A stretch of DNA of 63,968 bases, the filler included, from Choristocarpus tenellus KU-1152 (lineage: Eukaryota; Protista; Phaeophyceae): assembly GCA_964200185.2 (NCBI GenBank). It is 11 parts of 11 records of this genome, joined end to end, with 100 filler letters (N's around TTAATTAATTAA, not from the genome) between each part and the next. Parts side by side here need not be neighbours in the genome. Positions count along the whole stretch, not along the records: positions 52,266 to 58,391 come from CAXNAD020008880.1; positions 58,492 to 61,242 come from CAXNAD020025053.1; positions 61,343 to 63,968 come from CAXNAD020026165.1; 8 more parts are not named here. One strand, given 5' to 3'. The notes below the pieces were generated by a model. That model was not told the origin of the DNA and did no database searches. It saw only the letters and a program-made list of their open reading frames with translations. The position numbers and the translations under genes are program-made. This document shows, in pieces, positions 54,378-63,968 of this stretch (positions are counted from its first letter, which is position 1; every line of letters begins with the position of its first letter).

Positions 54378-55578
54378 TGCTTCAAGTAATGCAGTTGACT
54401 TTCAAGCAAGTCGGAGTAGGTGTGACGTGTATTGTGATGGGAGGGGGTGGAGTTTTCCTGTGTGAAAATGTGACAGATGATGATATGTCATCGATCATAT
54501 CCCCCTTGCGTACGCTGGCTTTTGGAAGGCGGGAGATTTATTTCTAAGATAGACAGTATATACCTGACTCTATGTTTATATGGGATATGGGAAAGATGTG
54601 ATTAAATTATTAAAACCTATTCTGAGATACAGATAGAGTTTTACCTTCTCATTTACTTGCATTTTTTGTGGGTTGAACATGTTTTTATACCGTCATATCT
54701 CGTATACCGTCGCTGAATGGAAGGTTTCTATATACTCAGAGGCGGTTTTCATCTTCAACCTGGGGTCATGACACGTTGTTCACCCTCTTACCCAAGCGAA
54801 GAATAAGCTCAGAAGTTGTGAACAACGCACGCAAGGATGGCGATCAGGGCACTGATTCTTCTGTTGTTCCTTGTAGCAACCGTGCTAAGAAATTGCAATG
54901 GAAAAAAGCTCTGGGGTGTGGATGTAAAGGACTCCGAGGTGAGGAGGATAAGAGATGTCCTCCCAACAGATGCACTTTGTGTGTCAAGCCATAGGAATTC
55001 ACAGAGAGAGACAAATAATGTAGAAATTTCCTAAAGTAGGTGAAATATAAATAGGTAGTGCGGGAATTAAGCACATTGGGTTCTGTTGCAGCCTGACTAC
55101 AAACAAACAAGTTACGGGAAATTGTGTGCCCGAATTGTAGTCCACTCAAGACCAAGTCAGAAACAGGCAATGTCCATCCACATGACATTCTTAGCATCTT
55201 TTAGCTCAAAATTATTTGTGAGTTCCTTTGATTATGTCTCACTTAGTTGGTTTCCTCCAGGGTCACGTTTAACTTCAGCTTCGATGCGTTCAGCAATATC
55301 CAGACCTTAATGTAGCAGTTGAAGCGAACCACATGTGATGCTTGCCCTGTAACCTCAATAATTGTTGCCTCACGTCGCAAGGGGAATGAGATGGGAGCCA
55401 CGGGCTTGGACAAGCTCATGGAGCAGGCTCAAGCCTTCCTTCCCTCGGGGTGAGACGCACTTAAAAAGTCTGAACCAGGTGCAAATGGATGGTTGTGTTT
55501 GGGGTAAGCAAGTGTTGCTCCTGAGCAATCTATTAGCCTGTACCTTACCCTCTCCCGTTCTTAACCCTTTGAGGTGAC

Positions 55579-57800
55579 ATGCGTCGCACGTACTTCTTGT
55601 GTGTGGCAATTCTTCTTTTGACTGTACAAGTACGGACCAGGTGCGAGTTCGCTTCCCGTTCTACCTCCTTCCTCTCTTCCACCGTCAATTCTTTTGGAAT
55701 TTTCTTACGTTATGATATTGCTTCTTCCGCATTAACACATTTGTTGGAGCAGGGGAGAGGACTTGGACCTGAGCTTTTTGGATAACGTGAACTTGTTGGA
55801 GATGGCGGCCGAGGGGCTGGATGCTACTATCGCGACTCTTCGTGAAAATGAGGTGAGTTGAAGAAATCTAAGTCGCTGGGTGAGACATGTAAGCGGCTTT
55901 AAATCTGAGTATTGTCCCCTGCTCAAATGTTCCACCTTGATCTGGTTTCGTTTTAGAGCTGTTACATGCTCATAGTGATGTGCTTACAGGCTTAGTGGTT
56001 TGTGATATAATAGGAATGCCTCTTTCTGATATTGAAATGCTAAGTTACCTACCAGTACGTGCTGTTAACCCTATCCCAAATCTTTAACTTCTCGATCATT
56101 CCGTGCAAGTTCCATGAAGGTTACTCCTTAGTTTGACATCTTCTGTTCTTCTAATGATGTTAATAACTATGCTGCAGTTTTGATCTATAGTATATTTTCT
56201 TATCTACAATGTCCCTTGTGATAAAGGCAACTCTCAAGCATCACCCTCCCATCTCTTTATTGCGATCTCCCATTAGCATAGGCTTCAGATTTCTGCCCTG
56301 AATCTTGCCACAAGCCCTTGAAGATTTAAATAGTATTTCTGAGAGGAGACCCCAATGACCAACCTGCTTTTTGCAACAAGCAGGTTCGCCATGAGCTATC
56401 GCAGCCTGGTGTTATCCGTGCTGCAATTGAGCAGATTCCAAGTTTTCTCATGGAGAGCTTTGCAGATGTGAGTATGCAATCTCACCAATGTGCCGTGTGA
56501 TACCCACAGCTTTTCTTTCATTTGTTAGCCAACACCCAACCTTCCACCTATGCCACTCGCTGCTGCTTCAAAATTGTTTTTGTTGTTTCCTTTTTGAAGT
56601 GGACACGCCTTCCCTTGTTGATAGTGGTTTCAGTGCCAACTACTTTGAAATTCTGCACGTAGCACTGAGGCAATGATTGATCGCAGTTTGTGCTGTTGCG
56701 GGAGTTATGTCCTTCAAAGGGTGTACCTTCACCGAGAAACACTCTATGCTTACATTGATCGCATCTATGTTTCCTCCCATCAAACAGTCCGAGGAGCTTC
56801 AAGCTCTTCTCGCACTGGAAACTAGCAGCCCAGTTCTGTTCAGAGCAAATATTGAGGAGAAAATCAATGGTGAGAATCGAGTTCACCACCCCTCGCCCCT
56901 CCCCTCGCCCCACTGCACTCTCGTGGCAGACTTCTTTTTTTTTTAACTCGCAATTGTGGTTGAGCAAGCCTTGCTTTGCCTCAGACATTGGTGTCGTGCA
57001 GGTTCCCAGTCGCTTGGGCAGCCCTCTAGTCTCAACACTATTATCAATTGAAAACATTTTGATGACACTACCTCTGTTTATTCGCTAGTCGTTACCCACA
57101 AATGAAAATACTCACACTAGCTCCATTGAAACCTCGCCGATCATTCGCACATGTCAATCAGCTCTGATGGATGTGCTTGTTCCCCTAAGCGCTGACCTTA
57201 AAGACAAGGACCGCCTCAAGGCCAGACTCAGGGAGTACCTGCCGTCTTTGGGTGTGACCGGAGAGCCCCTTGAAGAGGTCAGCAAGTTAGTCGGTCAGGC
57301 CCCTTGATTGTACCTTGTAACTGAGGGCGCTGACAATACGACAGATGTTTGTTGCAGTTGATTGCACTGGAGGAATGAGATAAAATCTCTCTGTTGGGTG
57401 AGGGTACTGTAGTGATTACTTCAACAGTTAGAGATTGCAGGACAAAGTATTGCAACATCTCTGGAAACTTTTTTCTGGTGACAGCTCTTTGAATAGGTGG
57501 GTAAGCTGATGGAATATTTATATTTGTGCCATGCGCTTACTGTGGTGAGTCATGTTTTTTGGTCAGGTCTTTGCAAAGTGCCACTTCAGTCAACAGTTTG
57601 GGTTGATTGGCCAACCATGTGCTTCATGACATCCAGTCGGCCTGATGGGGGGGGCAGTTAGGCGGTGATAGGGTTGAATTTTTTGTGAACTTTTTTCTTT
57701 CTTTTTCAAGGTCTTCAGCTGCGGCAGGCTAGCTCAATATATAGATTATTGCGAGCTTGCAAACAACTAGAAGAGCTTGACGAAAAGCAGAGTTCTTAGA
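55579..57800 (+). CDS. Uncharacterised secreted/ER-targeted helical protein; exons 55579-55640, 55753-55852, 56384-56467, 56788-56869, 57162-57277; last exon uncertain
   Basis: Signal-peptide-like MRRTYFLCVAILLLTVQVRT followed by in-phase GT-AG exons (GEDLDLSFLDNVNLLEMAAEGLDATIATLRENE|VRHELSQPG...). Confidence 0.65.
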
Positions 57801-58691
57801 AACCCATTCCTAAAGCGAGCAGTGGGGAGTCTTGTTGTCCAGTTGCACAAAGACGATTTTCTTATTGAGAGAGCTCTAGTTGAGTGATGGCCAGGTAGCA
57901 ACCCCCCAACCGAAGTTGGAAAAGTTTACCAGACTACTGTTCACCCCACCAACTGTTGCACAACATCTCTGCTGTTCTGTTTTTGTTTGGGGTGGGACTA
58001 TACACAGCACGGTGTTTTGGGGCATAGGATTATATTCATTCTATGAAATAGTGCTGCTCATGCTGCGCCAGATCCCTCGACATTTTTGCGCCTATTATGA
58101 CTGCTATTACTGAGAGTCTATGTGTCATGTGTATGATAGAGTTACCTTCAGTGTTCAACGTGATGGCACTATGCTTGTATCACAGATCCTCATCAAATTC
58201 TTGCTGAAGCGAACCTGCTGGCTGCAGTAGCACTATTCATCAGCTGTTTGTGTTTGCTTTTTTGTTCATGCAGCTGCTGCAAAATGAGTTTGGTCCAAGG
58301 ATAGACCTTCAATACATAGGTACCCCCACCCGCCCCCCGGCCCATCCGTTTTGTTTTGTTTTGTTTTCAGGTGGTTGCCATGGTGGATGACNNNNNNNNN
58401 NNNNNNNNNNNNNNNNNNNNNNNNNNNNNNNNNNNTTAATTAATTAANNNNNNNNNNNNNNNNNNNNNNNNNNNNNNNNNNNNNNNNNNNNCCAAAAATT
58501 GCGACATGAATAAATTGACCCGAAATGGACAGCCGCCACCCCCTCCCACACCACTCTCAGAAGGATGAATATGTGCAAGTGAATGGGATCCACAACTGAA
58601 AAGGTTAGCTCCTACATATTTGACTTATGAGGATGTGCCCCAACGTGTATAACTCAAATTTAGTATAGGAATTGATATAGGGAATTGATTT

Positions 58692-58954
58692 GAGCCAAAC
58701 CAATTGATAGGTGGGCGATTTGGATCCTTTTGCATTCTAAGTCATCTTTCTTGCCCTGCGGAAAACGCTCTATTTCATTGCTTTATATGCACAATAGTGT
58801 ACGCAAAATTGATATTTCCCCCCCTTTCCACACACACAGTGAAACCACAATTAAGCAAAGGCTCTTTCTGCTATTGTACAAAATGGCGTCTTTTTCCCTT
58901 CTTTCTCAAGATCCTTGAAATGCAACCCTGCCTATCTCTCAGTTGGTTTAACTC
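58692..58954. mobile_element. MITE-like family 4 (GAGCCAAACCAATTGA...TCAGTTGGTTTAACTC); second partial copy about 59290-59500
   Basis: Imperfect terminal inverted repeats and a diverged second copy 600 bp downstream. Confidence 0.65.
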
Positions 58955-59749
58955 TTTGCACACCACAAATCGAATTTGATTTGTCCGACGCGTAAAGTCA
59001 TGCGGAGATATGTCTAGAAAGAAGGGAGAGACAACATTTTTGACAAAATTCAAAATCCTAACTACTATAGAAATAATAAACGAAAACAACGAAAGAAGAA
59101 TAGAGAAAGGGGGTCACATATTGTAGGTTAGGAAGGGCAGTCCAGAGGAACCCAGAGGTACAACATACTAGCACCCAGCACTAGGGATAAGGACGTCATC
59201 AATGCTGTCAACATCGCCACATTTTACGGGCAAAACAGGAAGAAAACTCAGAGTCACACTGAGTGTATTATTGGGTATCAATACCCAATACCCAAACCAA
59301 TTGAGAGGTAGGCAGGTTTGGACCCTTTTGCATTTCAAGACATATTTCTTGCCCTGTGCAATACACTCTATTTAATTGCTTTATGTGCACAAAAGTGTAC
59401 GCAAAATTAATATTACCTCTCCTTTCCACGCACAAAGTGATACCACAACTCAGCAAAGAAAGAGTATTTCTGCAATTGTACAAAATGACTTATTTTGCCC
59501 TTTATGCTTTGTACTTGGGTGGTTAGGGGTGAAGAGAATATTGCAGACAAATAGTACCCAGCCGACGTTAAACCAAAAAGCAGAGATTTTGGCAGATGTA
59601 AATTCCACCCAGGGCAGTGCCGCTAAGCATGTAAACGCTAGATTCGAAGGCAGAGGTGGAACTGCAATGTTTTGGAATGGGCAAACCCACAAAGGTACAC
59701 ACAGAGGCAGAGTAATGAGAAACAGGAAAGAAAAATAGAGAATGCTCAA

Positions 59750-59926
59750 GGCTTAAAGTATCTGGGGGGGGTGGCGGCTGTCCATTTGAGGTCAATTTTT
59801 TCATGTCGTGATTTTTACGTGATTTGGTTGTATACGTCGGATGGATAATGTGAGTGCACTTTTCCTGGTTATGGCCCAAATGGACACCCTGGTGTAGACC
59901 CCCCTCCCCCCCAGATACTTTGGGTC
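59750..59926. mobile_element. MITE-like family 1, full copy (TIR ...AAAGTATCTGGGGGG / CCCCCCAGATACTTT...); other copies or fragments at 32621-32637, 38758-38907, 39008-39062, 45560-45629, 46005-46175, 49371-49462, 58492-58548, 60397-60441, 61343-61485
   Basis: About 175-bp non-coding element with clear TIRs, seen about 10 times in both orientations. Confidence 0.9.
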
Positions 59927-59999
59927 CGACGGAGGAGGAGGGAACTCCTTGGATGCCCCGCCTCACAGAAGATTAAGCATTGCGTGCAGCTACGCAAAG

Positions 60000-60300
60000 A
60001 AAACTTCGGGGCACAACAAAAGGGTCAATTTAGCAACCTGGAATGTTCGAATGAGTGTCGTGGAGAGTGTGAATGGAGTGGGGCATATGGATGGGTGCAT
60101 TGCTGCTATGTGCCCCTTTCATCTTGTGTGATGTGATCGGGCTCAGGAGACAAGGTGAGGTGGACAGCCTTCTTTTGAAGCTGCTGGGTCCTTGTGCCTT
60201 CAACAGTGAAGTGATGATGGGTGAGGAAGAGATAGCATTGAACCGGTGGTGAGGCCTGGCATAGCTGTTTGTATGGCCTATCATATTACGGTATTCCAAT
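60000..60300 (+). mobile_element. Degenerate LINE APE-endonuclease N-terminus
   Basis: RVNLATWNVR followed by a decayed CDVIGLxET-like segment. Confidence 0.6.
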
Positions 60301-61866
60301 TATTTGTAGTAGTGATGTTCTAGGGAGATTTTTGTTGATTATAGGAGAAGCATCATGGTATTGTCAAGGACCCTAGGACAAGTAACCTAAAATATTGGCT
60401 CAATGTATCTGGGGGGGGGGTGGCGGCTGTCCATTTGGGGACTTTGAGCCATTTCCACAAGAGACTGTAATAGCACAGATGAGTGACTGAATTCAATTAC
60501 CCAACACCAACATGGTAACTGCTTTTTTCCAGTGTTTCGTACGTAGTGATATATTAGGGAGATTTGTTGATTGTGAGAGAAGCAACATGGTATTGCCAAG
60601 GACCTACGGGAGAAAGGACCCAATAATGTCTCCATGGAGACTGCAATAGGACAGTCGCAGATTAATGACGGGTTCTAGAACCCATACAGACCCAACATCA
60701 ACATCGATGTCAGGGACAGTAGTAGAATTGTTTGAGAGTGCTGGTAGAGGTTTTTTCTCTTATTTAGATTGTTAAGAAGTAGAGTTTGAAGGTATAGAGT
60801 GTCTTCGCAGCAAAGTAGAGTGTCCGTGGATAGTGCTGCTCATACACTACAGAAACCACTGGTGGAATAAATGATCAGATGAAGAGCTAGTGATGGAAAT
60901 ACCCATGTATTTTTATGTAGTTAGTACATTACTTTTGTGTACTCGATGTACAACATCGTGTATCAGATCATGACCGATTGATGTCCAGCGATTAGTTTTC
61001 AGCTCCAGATATGCTCGTCACACTGAAGACAAGCAAGTGAATCGTACTTAGTTTGGAGGATTGCATACCCCACACCATATGAACAGTAATGGATACTACC
61101 AGTTGTGATCCCAATGAGTTCAGTCAACAGAATTGAGACCATAATCTGTTACAGGCGCCCCTCAAAGCTTACCTCCACAGGATGTATAGCTCCAATCTAC
61201 GGGCCTATAGATGATACTGATGTACGTATAGGACTCCTGATGNNNNNNNNNNNNNNNNNNNNNNNNNNNNNNNNNNNNNNNNNNNNTTAATTAATTAANN
61301 NNNNNNNNNNNNNNNNNNNNNNNNNNNNNNNNNNNNNNNNNNGGTGTCCATTTGGACCAAAATCAGGAAAAGTGCATTTACATTATCCATCTAACGTATG
61401 CAACCAAATCACCCAAGAATCGCGACATGAAAAAATTGACCACAAATGGACAACCGCCACCCCCCCCCCCTAGATAGTTTGAGCCAACCCTGACCTTGTA
61501 TCATGACCTTGAGCAAAGTTAAAGTAACGATGATGATCCCAGCACTCTTCAGAAGGTTGGTTAGGGTATAATACCATCCACTGCTCAGAACGAAGTGAGC
61601 TTCTCTTGTCCACGAGGACAATCTTTACCTAACTAAATTGTCACAATCAGTGGCAATTAATTATTCCTTTTGACTGTGGACTTTCAATTACTCTCTATAA
61701 TTGTACTGGCAAATGACTCTTTGTCCTTAAGTCCTTAATCACTTCTTCCTACCTCTTCTTATATATACTTGACAAAGGTACGATACCAATTGTACCGTTA
61801 CCTACCACACACAAAGTGTCAACAGAGAATAACGCAAACCACTGTTTGACAAGCAAGATTCCATCA

Positions 61867-63010
61867 TCAGGACCTCATCCAAACAACCTCTCCGTTTTCT
61901 TCCTTGTATTTGCAGTGTGTTGTGAGCTTCTTCCGAAGCTCATCAAATCCCACCTCCCTCTCCACATACTCTTCAGATACTCCTCGCCCCTGGTCCCTTG
62001 ACGTGCCTATCTGCGTGAAATAAGTGTAAGGGTCACTGTAGAAGGCATCATACAGACTAGCATCCCATGTCCAGTCAGTGTTGCCCTCCAACTCTCCAAG
62101 GCCATCATATGAATGAAGCATGTTTTGCAGTATGCAACAAGCGAAAAACATGTTATCTATCTTCTTCCTGTGCAAATATAGTAGTGGAAGCTTGAGGATT
62201 CTGAAGCGGCCCTTGACTCTGCCGAAAAAGCACTCGACATCCTTCCATACACTCTCCACCCGTTCGCTCCACCTTGCCTGCACCTGTGTGACAGATGCCT
62301 CGAAGGAGCATACTGTGGGCTCCACTACAAATGCAAAGATCAGGTTGGGCAAGTTACTGTTGACTTGCTAGTTTCATGAGCACTCATTTTCGCAGGAGCA
62401 AAAATAACATAGGCATGGCCCTACAGTCACGTATTTCCCGTCACCTTGTGGTAGCTCCCATTGACAAGGACATAGGTTCCTTTTTTCTCGGTGTAATAGT
62501 TCCCGTGGGAGTCCTTAAAAGGTTGTACTCCAGCTGTCTGTACGTGGGGTTAACCCTAAATTTCTGGGTAGCACTATCATATCGAATTATTATCTCGTCG
62601 TTTTTGGCTCCAGGAAATCCAGCAGTCACTCCCCGTGCAAATTCAGCATGGTCAACCGTCACTTCATAGGCGACCGTCACGTAACAACCTATCGAGGTAG
62701 CCCTTTCTCACACAAACTCTACTGGCGGGTATGCTCACCTTCAGCTTCACGGGTATGACAGGACGTCCGGTGCCATCTGCGGTTCGACAACCAAACCACC
62801 CCTGTCTTTGTACCTCTTTCACTAAATCTTCAAGAAAACAAATGGGACACGGAACCGTCTCATAAACTTCAGCGCCTCCTGCAAAGTGACGTCTCTCAGA
62901 GCTTCCTCTCTCCCTTACATAATCTCCCACGAGCACGCCATGTAAACGGCCCATCATTGGGGATGCGAAACCTGCGAAATAATGGACGTTCTTCCTCCTC
63001 ATCCTCCTCG
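61867..63010 (-). pseudogene. Decayed PIF/Harbinger-type DDE transposase (DDE_Tnp_4-like)
   Basis: Frameshifted segments WFGCRTADGTGRPVIPVKLK, AYEVTVDH...GFPGAKNDEIIIRYD, WSERVESVWKDVECFFGRVKGRFRILKLPL...DNMFFACCILQNML. Confidence 0.85.
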
Positions 63011-63467
63011 TCCATCAAAGCGCAGATGAGCAATATCCCAGTTGCATTTATCATCTGCCTGGATCTCGCCACCAACCTAAAGGTAGATTGTCGAAAGACG
63101 ATGAACTAGAAGACGACAAACTGGAAGACAATGAAGTCAAGGATGATGAACCTGAGGAACGATGACATTCGGTCTCTCTCATTCTCTTCATCCATTTTGT
63201 CCATCTTGAACCAGACGTGCCACAGTAATAGCTCTGTAGCCCCAAGTACATTGCTACGAACAACAACAGAGGGAAAATCGAAACACCAAGAATTCCATTC
63301 AGATTTGCCTTGATCTGTGCAAAGTAGGACAATGGTGAAGTGTACCTTATTTTGTGTATGAGAGATTATCCTTTTGATTGAGTCCATGTGATGTAACTAG
63401 GAAGTCTGGAATATGAATGGGGGATTATGTATGGGTTTTTATTCTGCATTCAACTACTTTGACATAA

Positions 63468-63968
63468 CCGTTGACTTATGTAGGAAGCACAAATAATAAT
63501 AAAATAAGCATTAGGAAGACACCCCGCAAAGGTCACTCTTGTAATTTCATCTATTCTTTTCACGTTTAGCAAAGGGGATCGTATGAGGATTCTCACCTTC
63601 TTGTCTTCACTACTGATAAATCGCATTACCTTTCAAGGTAAATTGCACAGGTTATGAGCCTTAGTAGTATGGAGACCGACCTGAAGAAACTTGCTGTCTG
63701 GATGGGGGTCACAGGAACGTCATTGGAGGCCTGGTCCACTTGGAGATTGTCATTGATAAGCCATGCTGTTGGAGAGGGTTTTTATGAGATTACAACGAGG
63801 GACTATGAGATTCCTGAAACACCCACCACCATCTCAGGTGAGGCAGTGCGAACGGCACATGCCACGCATATCAAGAACAATAAGGCGTTATGGTTTCTGC
63901 TTCCAGAACAGAACGTCCATGCATGAAGAGGCAACGAGTCAAATTCCACTGCTACACCAAGAGGTTGC
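63468..63968 (+). mobile_element. 5' end of a Ty1/Copia element: putative LTR ending CA at 63649, PBS GGTTATGAGCC at 63650-63660, then decayed gag
   Basis: CA immediately followed by GGTTATGAGCC, then gag-like AWSTWRLSLISHAVGEGFY...NKALWFLL. LTR start is approximate. Confidence 0.65.

Noticed and set aside
1-63968. A functional gene cluster spanning the whole window
   Set aside because: Contigs are artificially concatenated, so linkage across spacers is unsupported.

Overview
Eukaryotic, intron-rich (GT-AG) genomic DNA. Gene content and repeat style suggest a brown alga or close ochrophyte/stramenopile relative (inference). The window is not contiguous: 11 contigs are joined by an artificial 100-nt spacer (44 N + TTAATTAATTAA + 44 N), so adjacency across spacers means nothing. 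Manual splicing recovers: two tandem S8 subtilase copies; a C5-cytosine DNA methyltransferase whose catalytic domain appears to be interrupted by a PHD finger just before motif IV (the main discovery candidate); two ankyrin-repeat genes; an NT5C3-like nucleotidase with an altered acidic motif; a head-to-head FAM221-like / DNAI7(CASC1)-like pair, the latter with an apparently intron-split ATG; a likely mitochondrial ATP-PEPCK; and an orphan secreted protein. Repeats include LINE, Gypsy and Copia remnants (one with a half-tRNA-iMet-type PBS), a decayed PIF/Harbinger transposase, four MITE-like families with related termini, a 38-bp minisatellite and microsatellites. CpG-to-TpG/CpA differences between repeat copies hint at genomic CpG methylation. 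All exon models were read by eye and need RNA-seq confirmation.
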